Shown piece after piece: positions 51,691 through 64,000 of a stretch of 64,000 bases of DNA. The position numbers and the translations under genes were made by a program. Below the pieces are notes generated by a model, which did not search any database, was not told the origin of the DNA, and saw only the letters and a program-made list of their open reading frames with translations. Positions within the stretch are counted from its first letter, which is position 1, and the number at the start of each line of letters is the position of its first letter. The stretch lies in NCBI RefSeq assembly GCF_036971445.1, contig NC_091475.1:26722001-26786000 (forward strand), read 5' to 3'. The stretch is from Narcine bancroftii. Its lineage: Eukaryota.

Positions 51691-53409
51691 TATGTAAATT
51701 TTAGGGTTAAATATCTAAGTATGTATTTCCAGCCTCTTAAGACCTGTAATAATCTTCTTCCCTAAAGTCATTTAACATAAATACCATAAGATCCCAGTGA
51801 GTGAGCTAATCCCTTGTGCAATCCAGATTGATACTACTTTTTCTTTATGTTTTTTTTTATACAATTCTTTTATATAATGGTATATTGTATCTATGGACAT
51901 AATTATCTTTATAATAATTGGAGATGAGAGTGGGGAGGGTGGGTAAGGGGGAGGGGTTAATACCATTGTAAATTTCAAATTTCATTCAGTATTGACTCTG
52001 TATAGATTACATGGATGAAAAAATTTAAATAAAATATTCAAAAAACCTACATTCAACTTTGTAATCATCAATACATTAACAGTTCATAGCCTGGCTAATG
52101 TCAAGCCTGGTCCTTGGAGTGATTAAAGACAGGAAGGAATTTATGCTGATGTACATTTCAAAAATACCACAATGAACATCTCTGTTATTATAAAATAAAA
52201 ATACATCAGGCAGGGCTGAGTAACATGGCTCCTTTCAGTCTGCATTACAGAAAATAGAGCTGGACCGAATAATCAGGATTCCCATCAAGTTAGTTGCAGT
52301 GCAATTCTTTTGCAACTTAGGACTACTGTACAAATTTAAAAGAGTCCAAACAGACATCAACAAGGATCCTACAGATTGTTAGATCTTTGAGGATCTTGAA
52401 AATCTCATAGATTTTTAAAGTGATTTCAACTAAAAGGAATGTAGCAAGGGCTCTAGCATGCCTCAAGGTCATTTAATGAATTCTCCAATTTGCCAAGATG
52501 GGATCAAACACAAAATAGAGTGGAAATTTTATTTTGACCTGCACATTAAATTATAAGTTGGTAGAGAGAGGATTTTCTGTGATAACATGCTAGGCACGAA
52601 GAGTCAAGCATTTACAGAATGAGAGCTGCTAATGCTCCAAATGATTTATCACGAAGAAACAGTGGAGTCTGAATTTTTGAATTATTGTAGAAAAGTTCTT
52701 TAAAATCTGATAAGGTTGAATAAAGTAATGTCATAGTTTCATTAAAAGTGACAGCAAGAAACCATTTCACACTGCAGTCAAGATTTATTGTCATGTAAAT
52801 TCCGTGAAATAAATCTTCATTTATATTACTAGTGATGCAGAGAATCACCATTGATCAGCACTGGCCAGATTTGAACCAGAGTTATAGTACTTAAGTGTAG
52901 GACCATTCTGATTTAATTTGTGGTTTCAGTAACAAAGGATCTACTCAAAATTCACATTAAAAAAAAATCCTATTTCCACCCTATACCCTCGTCCACAGAA
53001 GAGTTCTAAGGAAGCTTCAATTGCCAAAGTCTCTGTAAAAATCAATTATTATTCCAATTTAAGCATAATATGTTTTCCTTAATATAATCAATTATTGGGA
53101 AGCCAATCCCATCCACACCACAAGAATCTAACTAAAAATCAAAGAGTTGTTTACCATTTTTCTTTTATACCCTGATTTATTTATTTAAAAAAAAAAGCAT
53201 GGGGAAGATGGGGTTGAAGAGTATAAACAAATCACCAGAGAATTGAAAAATCAAATGGGTCAGACAGAATTTAAACTAGCACTTAAGCCCACATCCATGC
53301 CAACCATTGTGCTCCATCTATACCAGTCCCATTTAAAATCTTGCATTCTTACCAACTCTGACATGCCCCCATCCCCCCCCCCCCCTTATCAACCACTGAA
53401 TCTCAATGT

Positions 53410-54038
53410 CAGGACATTGAAAGGGGACTTGGACAGTTTAGGGGAGTGGGCAGAAAGATGGCAGGTGAAGTTTAATGTGAGTAAATGTGAGGTTGTCCAT
53501 TTTGGAGGCAGAAACAAGAGAGCAGAATATTGTTTAAATGGTGTTAAGCTAGGGAGTGGGGTAATGCAAAGGGATCTGGGCGTACCTGTTCACCAGTCAT
53601 TGAAAACTAGCATGCAGGTTCAGCAAGCGGTGAAGAAGGCGAACAGTATGTTGGCTTTCATAAAGAGGGGATTAGAGTATAGTAGAGAAGCTCTCCTGCA
53701 GTTGTACAGGGCCCTGGTGAGACCTCACCTGGAATATTATGTCTAATTCTGGTTCCCATATTTAAGAAAGGACATACTTGCTATAGAGGGAGTGCAGCGC
53801 AGATTTATGAGGTTAGTTCCCAGGATGGCAGGATTATCATATGTGGACAGGTTAGAAAGACTTGGATTATATTATTTAAAATTCGGTTAGATAAATTTTT
53901 ACATGATAGAGGAATTAGGGGATATGGGGAGAAGGCAGGTAGGTGGAGTTAAGTCATAAATTAGATCAGCCATGATCATATTGAATGGCGGAGCAGGCTT
54001 GAAGGGCCAATTGGCCTACTCCAGCACCTATTTTCTAC
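53410..54038 (+). mobile_element. CR1 LINE 3' part with internal deletion
   Basis: DLDSLGEWAERWQVKFNVSKCEVVHFG, QRDLGV.VH.SLK, AVKKAN.ML.FI.RG, LY.ALVRPHLEY; CR1 3' UTR GGCCAATTGGCCTACTCC. Confidence 0.9.
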
Positions 54039-54689
54039 CCACCTACAGGAGAGATGATTTACAATAAGCAAGGAATCTACTAACCAACACATTTGGGATG
54101 TAGAAAGAACCAGAATACCCCAAGTTGTCACAAGGACGTGGTGCAAACTCTGCACACACACTCCAAAAGGTCAGGATCGAACTCGAATCTCTGGAGTTAT
54201 AATGCAGCCATGTGCAGCCCACAGGACATGTTAAATACATTTAAGACTGATTAAATTTGGTTTAGCTACATTGTTTTGGTCTTACCACCAAAAAGGGTAT
54301 AGAGACATCTGAGAAAAGGTGGTGGGAAAATTTATAGGGTGAAAACAGGCCAGAGTTTACAACAGTCAGGAAGAATTGAATGAAATTGGATTAGGATCTT
54401 TTCTCAGTTTTAATAGTGTTCTTTCAAAATCCAAAGGGTTTAGATGGAGAAGATATTTCTATATATATTTGAAGGTGGACTAAGACGTAAATCTCACTAC
54501 TACAACAACAACATGAAACAGTTTAAAACCTATATCATAGATATAGACAAGAAGGCTCTAATTAAGTACACGAGAGAGGGGTCAAAAGGTCAGGATTCCA
54601 CAAGCCGTGACTAAACTCATTGAAACAGTGCGGATGGAACACTGCAAAGGCAGTTTAGCCAAATGACGCATTGTGTGCACGATTTCTAT

Positions 54690-55020
54690 TATTGTTTTTA
54701 GACTACAGGCACGTGACGGCACAATCGAGGAATTTTCCTGTTACACAGGCAGTCTAAAAAGGAACGTGCAGGAATTTTGAGTCAATTCTTGCACCGTGAT
54801 TTATCCTGCAGGACCCCTACAACTTTTTGAAGCAAGCCTGCAGTGTAAATCATACTAGGAAAATTCATTGTTGGTCATCCACTCTACTGCACGTCCAACC
54901 ACTGGGACTGTTGCACCCAGGTATTTGCAGTCTAAAAAGGTTCTGGTGTGAACGACCACATGGGCAGTAATGAGGTTAATTCTTTCTGCAATTTTCCTGA
55001 CATTGCAGTCTAACAACCAT
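54690..55020. mobile_element. PIF/Harbinger-like MITE, degraded
   Basis: TTTTAGACTAC at the left, repeated GCAGTCTAAAAAGG / GCAGTCTAACAACC at the right. Confidence 0.4.
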
Positions 55021-56359
55021 AATTGGCATTAAACCAGTTAGGTCTTTCCTGGGTGGAATTTCTGGTTTTCCAAAAGGTAAAGAACCTGCAATTACTCACA
55101 ATAAGAAAAAAAAACTTGCCTCCCTCAAATAATTATTGAATCTTGATGCTCGCAGCACTTCACAAACTGGTGGATCAAGTTTTAAATACTCATCCTAGAA
55201 CAAAGTGAGAGCAAAATAAAATTTAGCTAAAAATTTTGTCATACAAGTTGTTACAAAATGTTCAGGTGTTCTGAACACATGCTATTTATTGGCATTTTTG
55301 TGGTTCTTCAGTAAGAAAAGTGCAACAGATAATTACTGGCTCACCGAGGAGATGGGATGATGTTCCATTTCACCTCTCAATGGTTTTGCAAATAAGGAGC
55401 TGTGTAGTCTCAGGATTGCCAATTGCATGGTATGGATTTGCAGAACCGTGATAGGGCAATCATTTATATTTATTCTTACTTGATGGTCACTATTCCTCTG
55501 TTCAGGGATATTTGCACATATGTAGCTTTTCCAATATGCCTCCCAACATTTTGGATCAAATTTTTATAGTCCCAAGCAATCTAGAAAATTCAGGACATTT
55601 GTGATATGGTGAATTCAAACCTTAAGGACATCTATCATGGAAAACTACAGAGACCGTGCTCTGATACAGATGACCATGCAGCTCTGCAATGTGAACTGGC
55701 TTCTCATAACCATGAAAAAATACACATATTTATTAGAGAGAACTGACTGAAAAAAAACAATATTCGTTGAACAGGAGCATTACTGGAGCTCACTGATCAC
55801 CAATGATCTAGATTCTACACAACACAAATGAAATTTGGTGATGGGATTAACTTGAATACAGGTATAGGCCAAGGATAGTTTGCACGCCTTGTAGAAACAC
55901 ACAACTCGCAATGAAATTATATTGGCACCGGTGTGGATTGGTTAGGATGTTAAATATGAAGTTGCTGTTTATGCCACACAACATTTCACTATTAATTCCC
56001 AAACTGTGTACTTGGACTACTGTGCAGCAGAACCTTGATTCACAGATTTCAGAACCAACTGTACCTTTCATGACTATGGTCTGGACAACAAAGCCAATTG
56101 AGCTATTCTCAGGTGGTTTGTTTGGGCCTAGGAAGATATGAAAATGAAAATTGAAGGCTTAATGCAAATTTTACATGGGAAATTTAAACAGCCAGAGTTG
56201 AATTCTTCTCTTTGACAATTGAATATGGGCTTTAATTAAAAACTATGAGAAACGATGGAGAATTTAATTCCTCTAATGAATGTTAATAACACTGACAAAT
56301 TAAAAATGAATTTAAATGAAACCAAAATGAACTTTTAACTAAAATGCTCTTTTATTTTC

Positions 56360-56725
56360 CTCTCTTCTTTCTTTGGCTTGGCTTCGCGGACGAAGATTTA
56401 TGGAGGGGGTAAAAAGTCCACGTCAGCTGCAGGCTCGTTTGTGGCTGACAAGTCCGATGCGGGACAGGCAGACACGGTTGCAGCGGTTGCAAGGAAAAAT
56501 TGGTTGGTTGGGGCTGGGTGTTGGGTTTAAGGTATTTCTTCTCTTTGGCTTGGCTTCGCGGACGAAGATTTATGGAGGGGTAAATGTGCACGTCAGCTGC
56601 AGGCTCGTTTGTGGCTGACGAGTCCGATGCGGGACAGGCAGACACGGTTGCAGCGGCTGCAGGGGAAAATTGGTTGGTTGGGGTTGGGTGTTGGGTTTTT
56701 CCTCCTTTGCCTTTTGTCAGTGAGG
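56360..56725 (-). mobile_element. Two tandem RTE 3' ends
   Basis: About 56360-56528 and 56537-56725 both match the RTE 3' terminus, each with its own tail. Confidence 0.9.
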
Positions 56726-56954
56726 AGTTAAATCATATATTGCTTGTAAAGTTTTTAATGAGGTTTAGGAGCCACAAAAAATCTGCAGGAGGAACTCAGC
56801 AGGTCAAAAGTCCTCCAGCATCTGCAGTCTCTCAGACCTTAAGCTTTAGCTACAAATGTAAGGGTTAGTTCTTCAGAACCCCTGCATACATATTTAAATT
56901 CACAAAATCAGTTTAAAACATTCCTATTATATTCACCGACACACAAAACAGGTA

Positions 56955-57200
56955 ACTAATTTAAAAATTTAATATTTTAAAATGTAATTTAAAAAAATTA
57001 GGTCCACGAGCCAGTGCCATCTAATTATACCCAACTGACCTATTCTCCGGTACATTTTGAACAGTCGAGGAAAGTAGAACACCTGGAGGAAACCCACGCA
57101 AACAAGGGGAGAACGTACAAACTCCTTAGACATCCCTTGATTTGAACTCCAGTCCTGGTTGCTGCCGCTGTAACAGCATTGCGCTAACTACTACGCTAAC
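56955..57200 (-). mobile_element. V-SINE (HE1-like); another degraded copy at about 54040-54215
   Basis: GAGGAAAGTAGAACACCTGGAGGAAACCCACGCA...GAACGTACAAACTCCTTA is the reverse complement of the SINE body. Confidence 0.7.
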
Positions 57201-60136
57201 TGATTCAGCAAAATATTTAACGAGCTAGTCACATCAATAGTTGATGCCCACATTTATATTTGCATTAAATGTATCCAGTACAGAACCCGAGTGAGGTACA
57301 CGTACCTTAGACTGCAACCTGTTTAAAACTCGACCATCATATCTCCTGGGGCACTCTTCAAGGGTGGTGAAGTTTACAGGGTAAAGATTGGAACAAACAG
57401 GTACATAGCTGGGGAGCAGAAGACTTGGAGATGAACTCAGGGGGACTTGGCAATTAAAATGCAACATGTTGCAGAAACTCACCTGCCCCTAGCCCTTTTG
57501 TTTACCACCACTGATAAGAGGAAGAACAGATGGTGACAACCAAAAATGTCTGAGACAGGATGCTGATTGGTCTTTTGTTGTCAGGGGGATTTGATCATTG
57601 TGTGTTAATTTTATACCTTAATTGGACATTTCAGCATAATTACATTTCAATGTTATGGATGTAATGACATGGTTATTATTATATTTATTTTAAAAAAAAA
57701 ATCAAAGATTTAGTGCAGAAAGGTCCATCATGATTCATTTTGGTGAATAATTTTGCTTCGCCTCTCTCTCTCTCTCTCTCTCTCTCTAGAACCCCATGAG
57801 CTTTCCCTATTAAATATGAATTTAGGTCTCCTCTGGATCATTACTTTTGAATACGCTTGCTCAAAACTTTCAGGCAATGCAGTCCAAATCAGCACCCGCT
57901 CCCTTCGAGTTGGTATCTTCTTATTTACTCCATTATAAGCAATTTCTGGAACATCATGAACAAAGCTTTTCTCTGTATACATGGTTCTGAATCTCGTCAG
58001 TCCATGAGAAACTGGTTTGTTATCTTTTATACTATTCCCAAAAACCATTTTCCTGCACTCAGAATTATGGGAGTCCATTTGATACTTAATAGTAAAAAAT
58101 AACTTATTGCTGAAATCTGTGCCTCTCAAAACTAAGGTCTCACACCAATTCTTAACATGCTCTTAAACCTGTCTGGACACCTTTAAAGGTTCACCTGTTG
58201 TCCCCTTTTCCCTTTATTCCTGGAAATCTACATTTCTGCATGTTTTCATTTCTTTCACCAAAATGCATTCACATTGCACACAAGGTAAATTTTATTTCTC
58301 TTGTGCTTGCCCACTCCCCTTACTACCTCAAAACAGAATGCATTTCAGTAGGTTGACATATTGCACAAGTCAGTACACAAATTAAAATGGACAGTGGTCC
58401 TCATAATGCAGAACACTGCTATAAGTATTGACCATTCGTTTTCTCTGTCTGATTCTGCCCACCACGCTGATCTCCCCCAGCATATTTTGTTGCTGAGTCC
58501 ACTAATTTTCTGCTCTCTATGCCTTGGCCTATTTTGCATTAATGTTGTCATTCTCCAATTATAGAATGACCTTCAATTTCCCCAGCCTGCATCATGCAGC
58601 ACTGGAGAGATTCAGCAGATGCTGGAATCTGAATGCAAACACAGTCTGCTGGGTCAAGGAACATCAGTAGAATCAAAAGCTTTGGTTCAAAACACTGACT
58701 TACAGGAAACAAACATCATTGTTAATTTTTGAGATGGAAAGAAATTCCTTATTATTTATAATTGCACAAAAGCCAGATCCAAATTGTATTCGATTTTCAC
58801 CCACTTTTTACTTCCCTAAAAAAAACCCAGGAAGGTGCTCCCGCTAATTCTTGTGCAACCAACCTCCTGCTGTACTTTTTTTGGGGGACACAAACTCTGA
58901 GACAAATTGTCAGTGGCGAATTGGCCAAAATGATAGATGATTCACTCCACTTAATTTCTGTGGAACAATTTTAAGCATTTAGCAAGAGAAAGAAAACTTA
59001 AAACAATTGAACAATTAAAAGTTTTCTTGGAAAATTCTAAGCTCGGATACCTGCTATGATATTAAACAGTCCTTGCTTGAGATATTCACAAAAGAGACTG
59101 AAGCAAAGCAATGCTTTCAAGCTGCCAAGAAGTTAGCAGCTGGTTTGCCTATAAAACACCACCCGTCATCCAGTAGGATTTAATACAAAAACAGATGAAA
59201 CATTAGAAAGCAGCAACACTTCTCATACTTTGTTGTATTTGGCTGTGTTCACTTTTAGACAAGCACTTGTAACAAACTGATAATCTTAATTGTTGTCCCA
59301 AGTAGATTGCAAACATCATATTAACTGTAACTTTCACCGGACAAATCAGTCTCAGTGCAAAAGGTGAAAATAACTTTGCCATAGACAATATCCGGCATTG
59401 CTGGGTATCTGGAACATCTGGATTGGTTTTATAACAGAATTAACAGCTAAGTTTCAAAAGTATCCTTCTTTGATAGATATTCTATACAAGCAATAGAGGT
59501 CTTAATAACTACACTGTCCAGGTAAATGTTCAGCAATAGTCATATTATGTTCAACACTGCCCTATTATATTACATGAAAGTCTTTAGGAATTGAATCTTG
59601 TGCAACTTGCTTTCTTGGCACAAAGAGGGAGCTCAGATTAACAACTATAAACTTTGTGTTGGAATGGCCACCATCCTTCCAAATGTGCTAAAGCCCTTTT
59701 TTTTTTTATACATGATTTCAACAGGATAACTGAATATTTGAAGCAGTGTGATAATCGAGAATTTTATGTTGGAGTGCAAAAAAAAAGACATTTATAAAAT
59801 GCAGTAACGATTAAAAAATAATCTGTGTAATGCAAACATACGCCCCATACTCAGACAAGAGTAAAAGACTAAAGTCTTGAGGGCAGCTATGAAATACGTA
59901 ATTACAGGTTCAATGATGTCTATTCTAATATGTGACAAATAGGTTTATAAAAGTGCACATCTGTGTATCACTGAAATGGCGTTCATTCTATCAATTCTCA
60001 TTTAACTTACTCTGCCATTAACCTATTCACATCAACTGAAGTGGAAAAAAAGTTCTGGTTAAAGTGATAAGTATTACATCGCTCACTTTACCTGCATACT
60101 CCTATCTAAGAAAGTATTTTCGTAATTACCAACTAT

Positions 60137-60780
60137 TCAATCTAGTATATACGAGGCCAATCTAAAAATGGTTTCATTCAATCACAGAGACAAACTGAAT
60201 GCAGCACATTATAGAAAGTCAACATCAACATCGAAGTTAATTTCTTGGTTGACAACAGTGCTATTATGTTCAAGTAATTCTTATTACCAGATATTAATAA
60301 GGAAATGTATTCTGTTTGTGGCAGATACATGCTGCCAATATTCAGAGTTTACACATTAACCAGATGCTACTAAACTCAGTCTTGAGTAGCAAAAACTTTC
60401 CCACCTACAGCAAGGCACAATATTAGGTTCGAACTCCTACTGACTGCCACATTTATCAGCCCTACGCTGATGATATTACTGCAAGAGTTCTTGGGCCCAC
60501 CTTGGTTTTCAAGGAACTACTGAGAGTCAGTATCACACATTCAACAAAAATGCCTATTGTACATTAGAAGGAGGAAGAGCCACTCTTTTTCAGTGATGAA
60601 GATGGTTTCGCATGTTGGGACTGCAAAAAAGTGATCCCAGATATTCAAGATGGTCCATGGGTTAGTAGCAACTTTTTTTTTAAATAAATTTTCAGACATC
60701 TATTGATTTTTTGTTGATTGATTTGATTCTGTGAAATACAGCCCTTAAACCAAATAGTAGTTCCCACAGTGTTGGTGGCC
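60137..60780 (+). repeat. Old direct duplication, copy 1 (copy 2 at 63329-63917)
   Basis: Colinear shared blocks, e.g. ATATACGAGGCCAATCTAAAAATG, AATTTCTTGGTTGACA, ATGCTACTAAACTCAGTCTT, TTCCCACCTACAG, GGAAGAGCCACT, TGATTCTGTGAAA. Confidence 0.85.
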
Positions 60781-62329
60781 TACATAAGTATAGAACCTCT
60801 TCTAAAGAAAAGATATTGATTCATTATTATTCAACACATATCTGATGGAGATAGTGAACAAATGTAGTCAATGAGAATTTAAAATCAGTTTATATGCAAA
60901 AAAGGCTGCTGTAGGAACTGAACAGATCAGATTCTGTGGAGGGAAAGAGATGGTAATGTTTTAGGTTGAGACCATTAGGACTGGAGTGTAGAGGGGAGAG
61001 AGCTAGTGAGGGGAAGTGTTGAGTCAGGAGCTGGCAAGCACTAGGTGCATGCAGGAGAGGGTTGATGAGCAGATGGAAACAAGCAGGGGAAGGAAAGGTG
61101 GAGATAGCAACAGAGGCTGGGAGGTGACAAGTAGAGGCACCTTGCAAATTTGTAGATTTACAAAAAGCTGACATCTGACCAACAGCTATTAAGTGCAAGA
61201 TCACTCTCCCCATATACTTAAAATTGCTCCACACTGCTGTCAGTCATCTCATTGGCTATGTGGCTTACAGCTTATTGCATTATACAATTCTCAAATGGAA
61301 AAATGAGGAGCTTGCAAGAAGAACTGAACATTAATCAGGGACTTCAGAAGATGTGCATCTTAGTCCTGAGTTTAACTTCTTTCACCATTCCTTGAGTGAT
61401 CCAATGCTACCTTGTCTTTTAATGGAGATGTTCATGTTTCATAAAACAATTTTAAAATATTTATATAAATCAAGCATGCATTTATTTGGAGTCTGGCCTG
61501 TTTTGTTTAGCAGTAACTTTGACTTGTCATATTATTAAAAACAAAGACTTCACATAACTGAGCACATGAAGGTTTTACTAGTGAAATTACTTGTAAATAT
61601 CTTACCTCAATTCAAGCCATTTCAGCTTGATTGCAAAAGATAGTTACAAACAGGCTGTGAATTGTACAGAGCCATCGTGGCACTAACCAGGCCCAACCAT
61701 GATTTGGCCAAAATATAGTACTGTGAAATATGGCGCATGCCTCACTGGGTGTTTCCAGAATTTCATTTTTATTTCCGATTTCCATCATCCATGTATTTTT
61801 ATTGTTTCACTGTAACATGTCGTTATTTGATATCTGGGTGGCACTGATTTAGATGCTCTGCAATCAAGACGATAATCCCTTGTTTGGAACAGAAGATTGC
61901 CTGGTTGCTTAATTTGGCTGTAGAAAAGTTGTTATGGTAACATTCTGAAGTACAAAAAAAAAGCTTTTAAAGCATTCACTTTTTGATGCAGCTACGCCCA
62001 ATTCCAAGAAGTTAACGGTTACTGTTTGCTATCATGTGCCATCATGCAAGTTAGAGTTTAATCGTTCGCAGGAGAGATTCTTGGTTGTATCTACACGTGC
62101 AAGATGAACAAGGGGTGTGGTGGAATATCAGGCACCAATGATACCTACAACATTGTAATGCATTGCACTGTGTAAGGCAGATGATGCAACTTTGGAAATA
62201 ATGGGGAGGCAAAGGGCAATATAACCATGGTAATGAACTAATTGATGCGATTTACAAGGTGGGAATGAAAAACTAAACTCTGCTGCGATTGTAGTTATCA
62301 AGACTATTTAAGTGAATCAAAGACTCAAA

Positions 62330-62940
62330 TATTCTTAATACACTTTTTGATCTACAATTTGTGCACAGCATACTGACATCCCATTTTTATATTGATCTAT
62401 TGGATTTAAGATTAGCCCCAATAGCTAAGATTAAAAATGATTGGGAGAGTGATCTTAATATAACTTTTTCAGATAAGGATTCCACTCTCAGTTTCATCAA
62501 TGAACCTTCATTTTGTGCAAGGCATTATTTAATTACAATTTAAGGTGATACACAGAATAATTATCCCGTTTCTATGTGGCTCTTGAACCATTTTGTAAAA
62601 GTATAACATTTTTGAAGCCTCACTGATTCAGGTTTTGGGAGTGTTGTAGATTAGGAAGATATTGGCAGAATATTTTTCATTCTTTGTCAACAATTTTTAA
62701 GATTAAATGAGATCCTTGCCCTTTAACTGCCCTGTTTGTATTTTAAAAAAACGTGAACCGGATAAACTTTTATCAGCATCTCAAGAGAAAGTTTTAGATT
62801 TTCGCACTTTGATAGCTAGACGAGCAGTTTTAATGGTGATCTCTCACCGACTCGTGCAGTGGTTACATGATGTAATGTCATATCTAAGCAAATTAAGTAA
62901 TAATATTAAAGATACAAAGTTACAGTTTGAAAAGGTATAA
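62330..62940 (+). mobile_element. Degraded L1 3' fragment
   Basis: KIKNDWESDLNITFSD, FCARH.LI, TLIARRAVL, WLHDVMSYL. Similar to the 26600-28100 L1. Confidence 0.6.
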
Positions 62941-63113
62941 TTGCCAGTTTTAGATGATTTGGCGGCTCTCCTCTGGTCCATCAGTCTTCTGGAGGTCGTG
63001 ACTTGATCCATCTTTGTATTTTTCTTGCAACCTTGATTAGAGGGAGGGGTAAAAACCCAGAAAAATGCAGAGTTGGAATTGCAGAGGGAGCAGTCAATCC
63101 TGAATATGTCCAA

Positions 63114-63312
63114 GGTATAAACACCCTGCTTTACCAGAGCGATCCTATTAAACCTTTCGTAAGCCAAAATGGAGCAAAGACCCATTCACTACTAATGAAG
63201 GCTTTTTTCATAAAAGCAAAAACCCCGTCAAATTTATTTTGGATAGCAAGCACAGGTTTCTTTGTAAAAAGTGAATTTTCATAAAGTGAGTATTTGTAAA
63301 GTGGGGTATACC
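63114..63312. mobile_element. Tigger-like MITE
   Basis: Imperfect TIRs GGTATA..CACCCTGCTTTAC and (reverse complement) GGTATACCCCACTTTAC. Confidence 0.5.
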
Positions 63313-63328
63313 ACTACCTTGAAGATGC

Positions 63329-63917
63329 TCAATTTAGCATATACGAGGCCAATCTAAAAATGTTTTCAATCACTGAGACCTATTGAACGCAGCAGCTTAA
63401 AAAAATTAACATCAATCTTTAAGCCAATTTCTTGGTTGACAGTAGTGCCATCAAGTTCAATTCTGATCATCAGTTATTAATTAGGGAATTAATTCTGTTC
63501 ATGGTTGATACATGCTGCCGACATTTGAGTTTATATTTTAACCAAATGCTACTAAACTCAGTCTTAAACAACATTCCCACCTACAGTAAGGCACAATACT
63601 AGTTTGAACCCTCACTGTCTGCTACACTCATTGCCTGGGTTGGTGGGTATTATTGTAAGAATAGGTAGAACTTGGGCAGACCTTGGTTTGCCAGGAACTA
63701 CTAGGAGTCAGAACCGCATATTCAACAAACATGCTTACATCATAAAGGGGGAAGAGCCACTTCCAGTGAAGAAGATTGTTTTGCAAAAAAACTAAACCTA
63801 GTTATTGAAGGTGGTTCATGGGTCAGGAGTAAATTAAAAGTACTTTCAGACAAATTTTTTTTGTTCATTGATCTGATTCTGTGAAACAAGGAATGTAGCT
63901 TCCTCAGTATTGCTGGC
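63329..63917 (+). repeat. Old direct duplication, copy 2
   Basis: See 60137-60780; roughly 70% identity by eye. Confidence 0.85.
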
Positions 63918-64000
63918 CAAATCAGATACCTTGCATAAGGGCTCAGGCCCAAAGCATTGGTTCTACATCTTACCTCCCATGGATGCTGCAAGACCTGCTG

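Larger units (their letters stand above)
49395..52040 (+). mobile_element. Degraded L1 (APE endonuclease plus C-terminal zinc knuckle, RT deleted) with nested CR1 3' end and RTE
   Basis: ARGVA, ILIGGDFNFCLDP, DLNLTHAWR...DYSFYS.RH..YSRIDLF, ILSDH, then CFRCGEEIGTF. AATAAA plus A-rich end at about 52030. Confidence 0.8.

Noticed and set aside
57728-58129. 133-aa minus-strand ORF ending RERERERE
   Set aside because: The end resembles a decayed CR1 ORF2 C-terminus (RVLIWTALPE...) plus a (GA)n microsatellite; not a host gene.
1-64000. CRISPR arrays, rRNA or tRNA genes, prokaryotic operons
   Set aside because: None seen; the sequence is eukaryotic, and the tRNA-like boxes belong to SINE heads.

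Overview
Repeat-rich vertebrate genomic DNA, most likely an elasmobranch (inferred from V-SINE/HE1-like SINEs and the CR1, Rex1, RTE, L1/Tx1 and Penelope-like repeat mix). One host gene is supported: the 5' end of an EWI-family Ig superfamily gene (IGSF3/CD101-like) on the minus strand. Its signal-peptide exon (20951-20891) lies in a CpG island and splices in frame across a 19.4-kb intron to the first V-type Ig exon (1458-1081); the gene continues beyond the left edge. Most of the rest is transposon-derived. It includes a full-length but frameshifted Ty3/Gypsy provirus (37389-42049, 5-bp TSD), solo LTRs, several young RTE LINE copies, degraded CR1/Rex1/L1/Tx1 LINEs, SINEs, MITEs, a Chapaev3-like transposase remnant and a decayed retroviral-like pol relic. 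Two observations stand out. First, the Gypsy element lacks a canonical tRNA primer-binding site; its leader instead forms a 19-bp stem with its own LTR over the poly(A) signal, and its RT has a YLDN motif. Second, an RTE insertion is flanked by a ~365-bp direct duplication. Boundaries of degraded repeats are approximate and family names come from recalled motifs, not database searches.
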